Assembly (NCBI GenBank): GCA_964016885.1
Contig: OZ024750.1
Location: forward strand, 5,022,001-5,086,000
Source of the DNA: Eledone cirrhosa
Lineage: Eukaryota
Direction: 5' to 3'
Length of the DNA: 64,000 nucleotides
The first letter of the stretch is position 1; every line of letters starts with the position of its first letter. The notes under the pieces were generated by a model. That model was not told where the DNA came from. It saw only the letters and a list, made by a program, of their open reading frames with translations, and did no database searches. Positions 29,601 to 44,100 of this stretch are shown here, one piece after another. Both the position numbers and the translations under genes were made by a program.

Positions 29601-32600
29601 TAATATAAAGATCCTTTTGTTAAGTTATATTACAACTACCATCTTAATAATGAAATAATTATTGAATATTGAAGCCTTACAGTTAGTAACAGACCTCTTT
29701 CCCAGTCTTTCATATAAGTTATACATATGAATAATTTTTAATATGTATGATGTATGTAAAATGCTGCCAATGTTTGATGACACAGGCTCACTACTTTCAT
29801 TAGAAGTAACATCACAAAAGGGAGGGTCTTTTTTTCTTTTTATTCTGCAAGAGGAATTACGAACTATAAAGAAAGAAACGAAAACCAACCTGGGATGCAG
29901 ACAACTCTCTCTGTAGTGTTTCAACTAACTGTGCCTGTGCCTCATAGTGGCGCAGTCGGTCCTGGATCTGCTCCTGCTGATAACTTTCAATCTGTAAATT
30001 GTCAGCACACTTCTGAATCTCATTCAGTTTTACGTCCCGGGAAGTAAGCTAACAAAAACAAACAAACAACACAAAATCATCTTCATTTCTGATTTTATGA
30101 AGAACTTAGAAATAAACAATTTAATTTCAATCTCGTGTTGGTGTCAATTACTCAAGTTTTTTAGATTCAGCAATACGAGTCATATTATATAAAAAGAAAT
30201 ACGGGTAAGACGGTGAAGAGAACTTTCTTCTATGTATCATCTCCCCAAAGAAAGAGTTGATATGAAGGGAGGTAACTATGGAACATTTACTTTAAATATT
30301 ACCGAGTTTCTTTGAGTATAATTTAAATGCTAAAGGGTTAAACAGGAGAAAATACAGTAATCATAAAAATCTATATGAATATATAAGAATGAAACAACCA
30401 ACCAGTTCTCTCATGTCTTTTAATTCATCCTCTTGTTGTCCCAGCCGATCAGCTAATTCATGACCTCTGTGTTCCTCAGATTGTAATTTCGTCATTAGTT
30501 CCATACTGTCATTACTCTGAAGAAACAAATTAATAACATTTGTTGTTAAAAAAATACAATATTTTCACCGAAGTCCTTAGAACTTCCTTATTCACCAAAT
30601 ATTAACATCAACAACAGTTGTTCTAAATTCTATACCACAATAATTGTAATTCTTTACCACAGTAATTATAATTCTTTGCAACAGTAATTATAATTCTTTA
30701 CCACAGTAATTATAATTCTTTGCAACAGTAATTATAATTATTTGCAACAGTAATTATAATTATTTAAAATATTCTATTTGTTTTATAAAAGCCTCAATCC
30801 TTAAAGCAAATTAAAAATCAAAATTTACCCTTTCATGACTATATTTCTAATGAAATACATTATTTCAATTAACTAATGAAGAATTTTGAAGGATTTACTA
30901 AAATTACTTATCATTAAAATTACTTATCATTACTAAAATAGTAACTTAACATATGGTTTTTATATAATGTTAAGTTACTAAAATAGTAACTTAACATATG
31001 GTTTTTATATAATATTATATCAAAAGATCTTAATTTAATCATGAACCCTTTAAAATGGGATTTTTTTAATAGAATCAACTGGGTTGATATCAAAAAGTTT
31101 AAAAGAAGTTTAAAATGTGAGATACATCAATGAAAATGATCAGAAAGTGAAAACAAACCATTTTAACAAATCCATTCTGAAGTTCAGCCAACTGCTGTTT
31201 AAGATCTTTGTTTTGTGTTAAAGCTCGACTGAGGGCAGTCTTGTCACTTTGAATATTTTCTAATAGCTGGGCTTTATTGCTGGAATCTTCATTGAGATTA
31301 CCAACTGTTGACTCCAGGTCCATGATTCGGTTTTCTTTCTCTTCAAGAAACCTAGAAACACAAGAAATACACATTAGAAGGGTTTCTCATTTAGGCATTT
31401 ACTCTGTAAAACGGATGATGTTGATCAAACGGAGAAACAATGAGACTAATGGGAACTTGACAGCCTGGCTGAGCATATGACACCCTCACTAGTTCTGGAG
31501 CCACAATAAAGCACACACAGTACACACTAAACTCTGTATAGTGGACAGCAATCAAATAGAGACAATGTAGGGTTTGAGAGGACTCTCCAGTGCTGGTGCA
31601 ATGATAAAATGCATCTAGTGCACCCCTTAAAGTGCATCTCTCTGACAGTGATGCTCCACTGATCCCATGCTAATTTGTCACCTTATTACAACAGAAGGAA
31701 GGGGATTATGTCCAAACTTAAGTCTGAAATATCCAACCCATGCCATGAAAAGCAGACATAAACTAGTGGTAGTGATGGTGGTAGAGGTGATGGTAGTGAT
31801 AATGATGGTGGTGCTGGTAGTAGAGGTGGTGATGATGATGACAACGATGTGGTTTACTACTTACCGACTTAGTTGTGCATTGTCTCTGATCTGGGTTTCA
31901 TGTCTCTTGGTTAGTTCTTCATAATCTGTTTTTAGTTTGTTGATCTCTGACTGTAGGTCCGTGGTAGATATAGTAACACACTCGTTCTGACTTTCACACT
32001 CCTCTAATAAAGACAAAACAAATCATGGTTCAAACCAGAAACGGTATATTAATTATAGATACAAATACTAATTAAATTATTAAAGCAATACAACCCTTTG
32101 GATGACAATCCACCTAAAACGACCCCAGTTTTTATGCTACAAGATCGTTTGTTTTAAAGTTTTTATATTTAACTAAAACAAACCTTCCATCATAATTTTA
32201 TGTAAGAACATTTAACATTTACATTACTCTATATATACTATTATATTTTCACATATCGAATCTATGAGATCAGTGTGAGTGACCTGTTACGGCCAGTTTA
32301 AACCGAAAGAGGTGAGAGAATTCTGACCAAATATGGCCGGTTTAAATGTTTTAAGGGTTAAGGTAGGTATATATATACCCCCCCCCCCACACCAAAATAA
32401 AAATTGTTTTAAATTACCTAATTGTCTTCGTAAACTGTGCATCTTTGACTCTGCTTCATGCTGTTCTGAATATAGTTTCTCTCTTTCTTCAGTTAATGAA
32501 CTCACCTAAATAAAAACAACAAAATAATGGTGAAATCTACATATCAATGATCAATGTAGAGCAGGGTTTCCCAACCTGGGTGATATCACACATTGGTGGG

Positions 32601-35600
32601 TGATTTCAACTATTGAGTGGGTGATATCATCCACTGGTAGGTGATTTCAACTGTTGGGTGGGTGATATCATCCACTGGTAGGTGATTTCAACTGTTGGGT
32701 GGGTGATATCATCCACTGGTAGGTGATTTCAACTGTTGGGTGGGTGATATCATCCACTGGTAGGTGATTTCAACTGTTGGGTGGGCGATGAGCAACTGGA
32801 CATAAAATGGTGGATAATTGGAAATTTTGGTGGACGATATAGGATTTAGAGTATTAAAAAAGTATATCGTCCACCAAAATTTCCAATCACCCACCATTTT
32901 ATGTCCAGTTGCTCATTGCCCACCCAACAGTTGGATGTATGCAAATAACCTGTATAAACAACAGGAGGCTAAATGGAAATAATGAACCAGTAACAAACTT
33001 TTACCAAAAATGTTTGGTATGCTTTTGAATATTTACTATACAGGTGGGTGGTGGAATATTTTTCTATGTGAACGTGGGTGATGACACAAAAAAGGTTGGG
33101 AACTCCTGATGTAGAGAGAAATATGTTAACTTTAATAAACCCTAAATATGCTGCCTGGATTAAAAATAATCTTTTGGCTTAGATTCCTTTAACAGAGTTC
33201 ATTCAATTGCAAGCATTTGGACCAAGGCTTGGAAACCCTGGAAAGGGACTCGAGTTTAGTCCTCACTCTTGTGACTAAGCCATAAACATTATGTATTAAA
33301 GGTTACATTGAATAACTTTATATATATGATATACTGACCTGGATAGTTAATGACTGGTTCTGCTGTTGTAGCTGGTTTATATAGTGTTGGTATTGCTCTG
33401 ATTGTTGGTTACGTTCATTAGTAACACTTTGGAATGCTTCTTGGTACTAGAGAGAGAGAGAAAGGTCAAAGTTGAAAGTTAGAAAATATAATCTCAACTA
33501 TTCAAAACATGAGACGGTTAAATAGCAACGTAGAAGAGAGACAGGATATTAACAATATAGATGGTTAAATAGTAATTTATAATAGTCACAGTACAGAGAG
33601 TATAACACTAGTAATTTACAATAGTAACAGTACAGAGAGTATAACAACACTAGTAACAGTACAGACAGTATAACACCAGTAATTTACAAGAGTAACAGTA
33701 CAAGGAGTATATAAAACTAACATGAATTAGTTCAACCATTAAGAGGTCAGGAAATAGTATCCAACCACATTTGATATTTTATGTCAATGACTGTTAAATG
33801 TTACATTACCATATTTATACCATTTAAATGTCTTGTTCAACAGTTACACTAGGAATAACTTCTGTTTAATCTTTATCCTCAATTTCTTAATAACTAAATA
33901 TATATTATTAATGAAAATTTGCAGTTTTCAACACATCTCCCCATAACTCCTGGACTACACTATAATAATAATAATGATTTCTGATCTAGGCACAAGGCCA
34001 ACAATTTTGTGGGGAGGGGAAGGTCGAAAGGCAAAGCTAACCTCGGCGGGATTTGAACTCAGAATGCAAAGGGCCTTAACTATATGCATAATGTCTGACA
34101 CTCTAATGATACTGCCAAGCCACCACCCTTCTATAACAACAATAATGAGAATTATTGTGTACAGTGCTCAGGTGCACTACAACTCATCAAAGATGCATGT
34201 ATAGCACATGAAATAACACTAGCTAGGCATTCTTGAAAATACAAATCTGTATCACATTAAAAATTAAAGTATTTACTTAATACTACAAATTTTCACAATG
34301 AACTATCCACTAGTAAAGATACTATGAACATTTGAATTAACAAATCTGTTTTTAGATATTTTCTACTAAATCATTACAGGATGTTAAGTTAATATAAGAA
34401 CCAACAAATGGTGTCAAAACAGTTAATTCTTGATACTAAACCACCTGAAACTTTCCCTCGTTCTACAATATAAAACTGAAAGTGTTTATATTTATCTAAA
34501 AACCTTTTGTTATTAAATCACTTCAAATTTTTTTTATATTATTTTCAATTTTTTTTTTTTTAGAATCTTAGGCAGTGACTTTCCTTGGAAATATGGTAAA
34601 GAAAGAGTTACTGGGACAATGTTTAGATATATGGTAAAGAAAGAGTTACTGGGACAATGTTTAGATATATGGTAAAGAAAGAGTTATAGGGACAATGTTT
34701 AGATATATGGTAAAGAAAGAGTTATAGGGACAATGTTTAGATATATGGTAAAGAAAGAGTTATAGGGACAATGTTTAGATATATGGTAAAGAAAGAGTTA
34801 TATGGACAATGTTTAGACATATGGTAAAGAAAGAGTTATACAATGTTTAGAAATATAAAACAACAGTCAATAACATTAAATTGAATGAAACAAAGGAAAT
34901 TATAACCGGTTTTTTTTTTTTGGGGGGGGGGGGTGATATAGGGTGTCCCAAAACATGTATACACACTTCAAAAGCATTCTAATAAATATGGGTGCACATT
35001 TTTTGGGACACCCTGTATATGATTTTAAACGTTTTAAAATCTTTAAACTGAATGCTTTTATGACAGCCCCCCCCCCCCCAAATTAATAGTATTTTCGATA
35101 TCAACCTACTTCCTCACAATCGTCTGCTTACAGTCAATTGCTACCAATAAATTAACCCAAGGCAACAGGGAATGAGTCCCAGAAGAGAAAATATCAAGCT
35201 TAAAGCTGTGATAAAACCCCGAGACAGTAAAATGAAAGTGTAGGATTCACTTTCATTTTACTGTCCCGGTGTTTTCCTTTCACTTAAATTCCCTTTCGTT
35301 TTATTACAGTCTGTTATTAAATACAGGGTGTCCCGCAAAAATGTATACGCACTTCAACCTGCCTAAGCCATGCAAGAAGCATGAAAAATATATACTTTAA
35401 ACGGTGGTAACGATATAAATTGTGTTTATATACAATATAATATATACCCGTTCATTGTGTTTATCAGAAATAAATGTATATATAAAGCAATGAGACACTT
35501 CAAAGTTACTGTCACTTTTCTCTCTAATAAACCTTACACTCTACATGTATCGAACGTTCAGTCAATCAATATTTGAATAGAGTAGAAGGGGTAGGTGGGG

Positions 35601-36053
35601 GACAGAAAGTAAATTAAAACAGGTGACAAAACAGCAGCTGGTGTGTATGTGTATGTGTGTGTGTGTGTGTGTGTGAATATGAATGTGTATGAATATGAAT
35701 GTGTGTGTGTAGGCCAAGGCGACGAAAAACAAATATAAATACAAATAAAATAAAAGTTAATAAAGAAGAAGAGAATGTAGAGAAACAGAAAAAAAAAAAG
35801 AGCGACGCGAGTTATGTTTATATATATACCTAGTTATATACACATCGCTACTAGTGTAACAGTACGATATACATACATACATACATATATATATATATAC
35901 GTATACAAAGTTACGAAACTGGTTTAATATATAAATTTTACCTTGAATCAAGACAGCAACAAAATGCGATAGATATAGCTGTTTACGTATGTATATATAT
36001 ATATAAATATATGCATTTACGTATGTATATATATATATAAGGGTTTTTACGTA

Positions 36054-36087
<34 letters not shown>

Positions 36088-37006
36088 GTTATTTACGTGT
36101 ACAATCTTATTTACGTCCTCGATTATAAGACATAATATTGTTGCAGAAGTAATAGCTACAACTATACAGACAGAACGTCCGTCACAGCTGTTGTATGACA
36201 GACAAGTAACCAAGGGAGATAACTACAGTTAACTCCTTCCTCTGGACACGTAAGCTAGTAGTTGACTAGTTGTAGCAGCGACATCAGTCAAATATTACAA
36301 AGGTATACAATTTTGAACGAGATATTCAAATGAATTAATCACTCACTCACTATCTTAAAAGAAAAGAATGTAATTTTCTTACATTCCTTCACTCTATTTA
36401 TTACATTCGGGGATTGTCCTATTTGTTTAAATTCCATTAAAATTCAAGTTTCTAACAAAATATCAAAAATCCGACGAAACGAAATTACTTTCTTTTTGTG
36501 GAGAGAACGAAATGTATTAAACGAGGTCTATCGAAAAAGTATCCAACCGTAGGCTAACGAGAGTGTTTACATACCTGGTTATGTTCAATTCTTAATCTCC
36601 TTCGAAGTAAGAATGTGTGTGTGTCTAATGTATATGTATGTGTGTGTGTATATATATATGTGTGTGTGTGTATTTTTATTAAGGTGGTGACGTAACTTTT
36701 TGTATACATGTGTGTGTATATTAGTGTGTGTGTGTCTATATGTATATTTATATATATATATAATAGCCGTCGAGGTCATACTTTTTCCTATATATATATA
36801 TATATATATATATGTGTGCGTGTGTGTATATATATATGTGTATGTATAGGCATAATTACATACAGAGTGATTTAATGTTTATTTTCATTGATTATTTGCT
36901 CCAGGGACTTGTTGGGTGCTCTAAATCAGCTATAAACATTTATACCTTTATCTATTTATTTATTATTTGTCGTATTCCCAACTATTTGTTTACCCCTTCC
37001 ACCTTT

Positions 37007-37076
<70 letters not shown>

Positions 37077-37431
37077 ATGTGTGTTTGTGTGTGTATGTAT
37101 ATATTTATATGTATGTATGTGTAAATGTGTGTATTGCTTACCACGTGTGTTTGTTTATTTGTGTCCTTTCCTGTATCGCTGTCAACTTTATAATTTTTAT
37201 TTTCTTAAGTCGTATATTTTTTATTTTTATGTGACGGCCTATTCCATTGTATGGGGTTGTCCATTGTTTTTTTATTTTTTTATTATAATTAATTGTGTGT
37301 GTACGTATGTAGGTGTGTGTACATATATCTATATATGTGTGTGCGTATGTATGCGTGTATGTATGTTTGTGTGTATGTACGTGTATATATGTATGATTAT
37401 GTGTGTGTGTGTTTGTGTATGTATGGATGTG

Positions 37432-37474
<43 letters not shown>

Positions 37475-38105
37475 ATGTATATATATATATATATGTGTGT
37501 ATGTATATGTGTGTGCGCGTGTGCATGTGTGTTTATCTACTTTTATATTTATTCTTTTTCCTTTCCTTCTTCCTTTTCCAGCCTCACTTTCATATAGATT
37601 ATATTTTTGTTTTTAAAATCCACTGTCAATAAATACTCCAGGATTTTTTCATTCTGATGACTGAAAGCAAATTTTGTTTGCTTTCAAGAAACCACTGGTG
37701 AATGAAATAATTATCTTATGTTGTTTATTACATAACTATATATACATATATATAGAGATAGTGGAAGAGAAAGAGACTGCTATTTCTAGCAGGTTGAGCT
37801 ACCCTCGTTAGCTGTAGTTTTGGTTCTACGAGACTAAACAGTAATTTTTTTTAACCTTCCATCATAATTTTATCTTAAAACCTTCGTTAAGTTATGTTCC
37901 AAACACTAGTTTAATTCTTCACTATTTGAAAATTATAGGCAATGTTTTTCATTAGAAATATGGTAACGAAAGGGTTAATTGCTGGTTGAAGCTAAATTCA
38001 TAGCTGCTATTTCTAGCAAGTCGAGAGACTACGTGGAAGCTACCATGTTTGCTGGAAATCTTGATTGTATATTTAATTGAACACAGCTGCTATATATATA
38101 TGTGC

Positions 38106-38138
<33 letters not shown>

Positions 38139-41100
38139 AGAATAACTTATATGAATAAGATCTCAACATAAATGGGTATCAAACTTCAGCCAGCAGAGGA
38201 CATATAGTATAACTCAGCTAAGTTTAGTTCCAATGATAACTAAACTAGCAGACATAGAATATTTCTGTCCTATGCTGATTGAAGTTTGATACCTTAGGTA
38301 GAATACATTTGTGTTGAGATCTTATTCATATAATATATTTTAGCAAGTTTTTTTCTTTGACCTATTTGTTCAGAAACTCTTGGCATTATATATATATATT
38401 TCAGCCATAAAAACCCAGCCCCACTATGAGCAAGGCATGGCGTGGCCAACTGCCCAGACCCCTCATAATGGGACCACCCATCTCCCAAAATACAGTTCCT
38501 CTGTGAGCAGGATACGGCTCAACCAACTGCCCAGACCCCTCAATGGGACCATCCAGCTCCCAAAATACAGTTCCTCTGTGAGCAGGGTACGGGTCAACTA
38601 ACTGGCCAGACCCTCCTTATAACAGTGCCACCCAGCTCCACACTGTAGATATAGTTAGTGTTTGGAAGGGCATCCAGCAGCCGTAAAAACCCAGACAAAA
38701 ATCAGTCCTGATACATGCAAGGTACAGCGCAGCCATCTGGCCAGACTTATCTCATAACAGGACCACTCAGCTGTAAAAATCCCTACCAAAATACAGTTCC
38801 ATTTGAGCAAGGTATATGAAAGCATATACTAGATGTTTCATAATGAAAAAAATATTTATTGTATATAAGCACATAGTATATACTTTCATATACACCCCTA
38901 TTATGCTTAACGCTATCTTAATGCTACTGCCAAAATATATTTATATTTCATTTACAGAGTTAATGCCCTTGAGAAAGCCATGAACGCTCGCCCTCACCAC
39001 CCTTGTCAATGTATATGACGACATACTTATGTAAAGAAATTGATATCTAGTTACATCTTATATAAATAAAGAAATGATAAGGAAAACTTCAACAGATTCT
39101 TTACTAAAGGCACAGAGCCAACCATATGGATGTAATATGTATGTATATGGAAAAACAAACTTAAAAAGAAGGGTATATGTACACATCTATCCTCATCTCC
39201 CCCACCATATCAAGCGTTAATCTAATATATCCCTTTCATATACTGTACCGATTGTGTTTTATTTCTGTTTACCTTTTACACACACACACATCATCATCAT
39301 CATCATTTTACGTCCGCTTTTCCCTGCTTGCAAGGGTGGGACGGGTCTTATTTAGCATAGCATCATATATATTTATAGGCGATACTTTGGGCAAGTCTTC
39401 TACTAAAGCCTCAGCTGAACTAATGCTTTGTCATACACACGTGTGTGTGTGTGTCTATGTATATAAATGTGTGTGTGTGTGTGTGTGTCTATGTATATAT
39501 ATATGTCTGTATATGTGTTATTTGTGTGATGTTTTAGTAAGCCGTATCTATAACCTTTATCAGAAATGTTATCTGATCAAAGTCTGTTATGTTACTTTAT
39601 CAATGTCACACACATATATAAGTTACTATAACATTACAGCACTGCCAAGACCATGACTATAACACAGTACTACAACACAGAAGGACCACAACTACTATAA
39701 CACTATTACATAGTACAGATCTATAACACTATAGTTGTACTAACATACAAATGTAAAATGAAACAAGACAAAGGAAAATAGAATTGATAGAGGTGGGGTG
39801 AAGCTGTAGAAAGGACTCTTCAGTTGTGTCAAAGACATGACAACCTCCCTAGTGCTGGTGTCATTATGAAATACACTCTGTAAAGTGATAGTACTGGTGT
39901 CATGATGAAATATAGCCAGTACATACTGTAAAGTGATAGTACTGGTGTCATGATGAAATACAGCCAGTACATACTGTAAAGTGATAGTACTGGTGTCATG
40001 ATGAAATACAGCCAGTACACTCTGTAAAGTGATAGTACTGGTGTCATTATGAAATATAGCCAGTACATACTGTAAAGTGATAGTACTGGTGTCATGATGA
40101 AATACAGCCAGTACACTCTGTAAAGTGATAGTACTGGTGTCATTATGAAATACAGCCAGTACATACTGTAAAGTGATAGTACTGGTGTCATGATGAAATA
40201 CAGCCAGTACACTCTGTAAAGTGATAGTACTGGTGTCATGATGAAATACAGCCAGTACACTCTGTAAAGTGATAGTACTGGTGTCATTATGAAATATAGC
40301 CAGTACATACTATAAAGTGATAGTACTGGTGTCATAAAATATAGCCAGTACATACTGTAAAATGGTTGGCCTTAGGAAGGGCGTCCAGCCAAAGGAACAA
40401 TACCAAAATGGAACATGTGAACAAAACACAGTTACCTTACCTGTCTAGCCACAGAATGTGACAACCCATCAAACCCATGCCAGAATAGAAAAGAGACATA
40501 AAACAACAACAAAGAAATAGAAGCCGATACTTACATATTCAACTTTTTTAATGTACTCCTCTCTTTCTTGTTGCAATGAATCAACAAGTTTGAGAGACTC
40601 CTTATCACTCTGGCTACTTAGCTGAAAAGAAAAAAATAAACAGTGAGGTTATATTCCATGTTGCAAACCCTGTCACTTCCAATCTTTTAAATAATCAGAA
40701 GAAATATTTAACCCTTTCATTATATTTCTAAAGAAAAACACTGTCCCTTATGATTTAAAAATAATTTTGAAAGTACTCAATAATGTGGAGGAATTTAGTA
40801 ATATAAATAACTGTCTCATTGTTAAGTTTGTTTTGGAACATAATAAAGATTCTTAGATAAAATTATGTGAAAAGGTTTTTTAGATGAATATAAACACTTA
40901 TAAACATTTTTACTGTAGAACCTGGGGCAGTTTTATGGGGTTTGTGGAATGAAAAGGGTGAAAATATTCTAAACAGTTAAGTCTTGAGATGTTTTGATAT
41001 GACACTTGAGTAACAGAAATGGTTGACTGCTCATAAACCAAGTCAGAGTTACTGTCCACTTAGATAAGCCAATGTCTACACTGGTATGGTTTCTATGGCT

Positions 41101-44100
41101 CGATGTCCTTCCTAATGCCAACCAATTTACAGCATATACTGTTGGTGCCAGCACTATAGAAGTTGTCAGGCTCTTGACGAGACTGAAGGGCTCTCTCAAT
41201 CCTTACAGCAAGATGCCCTTCCAAATGCTAACCACTTTACAGCGTTATTAATTTCAAATTGAAAATAAAGCTTAGTTTATTTGAAAATAAACCTTACCTG
41301 TTGAGAGTACAACTCAGCCATTTCCAGTTTCTTGCGAAGATCCTCTACATTTTGTTCATGGGCCAAACAGTCAGAAACCTGGCAAGAATTATGAGAAAGA
41401 AATGCTGGTAAGAACAGTGTATCTGATCTTCATTGAACTTCTATAAATGTGCAAATAAACACAATTTTTAGTTCCCTGGAGTAATACATAAAAAAATGAT
41501 ATGTTGACATATAATCAGTGTGTTTGTGTGTGTATCTGGTTTAGTGGAAGTACATCATATCCCAGTGTGTCATAAGAGGCGACTAAAAGATGCCAGGAAG
41601 GACATCCAGCTGTAAAACAAGGACCCCAGGATGGGTCTGAAGCCTAACCCCACCAAACTTTAGCAAAGAACATGACCTTAAAATACTTTTGTTGTATTCT
41701 TTCTGTACAGATATGTATTATATATCTCACTTATAAATGCTGCATCACCAAATGGTTAAGATGTCCGCTTTTAATTATAAAGTCCTGAGTTCAATCCCAG
41801 CGCAAGGTATCTCAGACAAGTGTCATTTATCTTAGACTTGAGTCAACCCAAGCCATGTGAGTGAAATTAGGTAGATGACTGTTTAAAAGCTCGTCAGAAG
41901 TATTGCACCTGCAATTCAAAGAACCAGTCTTGTCATAGTATCTCTGATAATTATGTTAAGGGTATTCATGTCTGTGGAATGCTCAGTCACTTACACATCA
42001 ATGTCATGAGTAGGCTGTTCGATTGATCAACCAACTGGAATACTCAACGTTGAAACTGACAGAGGTCTGTTCTATATATTTTAGCTGTGTACTGCACAAT
42101 TCTCTGATTATGGAAAATTACATCTTGTTTTTACCTTTGAATTGAGTTTTCCATTCAGTTCCGATATTTGCTGTTGTAATTCTTCTACACTTTGACTGGA
42201 ATAAACAGAAGGAATAATTAACCATAAAGTTAACCAAAGTTTAAATATCTACATTCAAAATAACTAGAGGTGTATATGAAAGTATATACATTATATTTAT
42301 GTATAAACATATATAAGGCTTGCTGTAGGTATTTAAAGCTATGATCGTGACACAACTACTACAGTAACCAAGTGAAATTGATATATAATATAGTGTTTCA
42401 AGATTTACAAATACATCATCAGTGGTATTAAGAGTCTATAACAATTCCTAAAATTTTATCTAAATAAACAACACTGTAATAAGTTTATAGTATTTCAAAA
42501 TTTACTACTACACCATCAATGATGTTAAGAATCTATAATTTTTAAAATTCCATGTAAATAAATAACACTTGTAACTGGTTATTTATAAATTCTAGAGATC
42601 AGCTTACTTTGATTTGTAGAGTTCTAATTTTAATCTGTCAATATCTTTTGCATATTCTTTGCTATTCTGGAACAAAAAACAAAAATAAAAATTAAATTAA
42701 AAAATAAAAATACAATCAAATAAGTGTTTATATATATATATATAGTTCAAGGAAACAACAAACAGAGATACAAAAAGTCTTAGTTTCATGCTATATATGG
42801 AAAAGGGAAAAGAAAGTTCGACGTGTCGGGCTTTAGTTCTTCTTCAGGAATATATATATCAAATATGTTTATTCTAAGAACAAAATCTTTTTTAAGGTTT
42901 ACAAGTATTTCTACAGTTCCTATTCCTAAACCACAATGAATTATTTCTTCAATGGTTCATTGAATTCCTAACCTTTTCATTACCAAATTTCCAGTGAAAG
43001 ACACAAACATTTTCAAATTATTTTTTTAAATAATCAAGAATTTGGAGGGATTAATAAAATAATTAACTTTCTTATTATTAAGTTGGCATTTGGAATATAA
43101 CTTAACAAAGGTTGGCATAAGGAAAGAAAAGTATCTAGCAGTAGAAAACTAGTTAAATAAAATGTTGGGAGAACTGTCAAAGGCCTGTATAACACAAATA
43201 TTAGAAAATCTGAGTTAAGAAACCTACCTTTTCATACTGTTGACTTGAGGAATTAACAGATGACATGTTCCGTTCCAACTCTGTAATACGTTGTCTGGAA
43301 ACTCTAAAACGACCTCCCATTTCTTCTATTTCCTCTTGAAAAATCAAAACAGAAAAAAGGTAAATTGTACAGAATTCAATTCTTTATAAATTATAATTTT
43401 TTAATATGGATCAACATTATATAGATTTAAATAATGAAAGGATTTAAAATTAATCTATTTAACTCTGAGTACCAGTGACATCTTAAGTATTCTACTGTTC
43501 CAAGTTGAGAATAGACTTCAATTTCTGCATTTTTCTAAATAAAGTGTACAAACATGAAATAAACATTTTCTTCAGTTACAAACTAATCCTTTATTTATAG
43601 AATATGGGGAGGGGGGAGGAAATCTCATTTCATCACAAAGAAAATAATTTTTTTTTAAATATCAAAAACTTACCAAGTCTTTGGTCAGACTGTTTCTTAA
43701 GTTGGTCAATTTTGGACTGGAGTTCAGTCTTCTCAGCCACTAAAATTCCTATTGTTTGGATATGAACCTTAAAAGAAAATATAGAAAATAATATACCCTC
43801 TGCATATTCAGTGCATTAATAAATTATATTTAATAATAAACTCCATTTAATGTAAAATTAATCAACCATTTTTGAACCATATTTCCAATGAAAGATACTG
43901 CCTATGATTTTCAAATAATTTTGAAACTAATCAAGAATTTGGAATAATTTAGTCATATTATTAACTTTCTGATTATTTATCAGTTGTTTTGAACTTAATC
44001 CTTTTATTACCAACTTTAAAACAAACAAGTTTTGTATCAAAAGAGGGTCTACAAGAGACCTTTACCTGTAGTTGATCCTTCAGAGAACCCACATCTCTCT

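Noticed and set aside
39829-40353. 174-aa ORF with a 16-aa hydrophobic repeat
   Set aside because: Translation of a 48-bp repeat-derived minisatellite inside a GOLGA2 intron; no splice or homology support.
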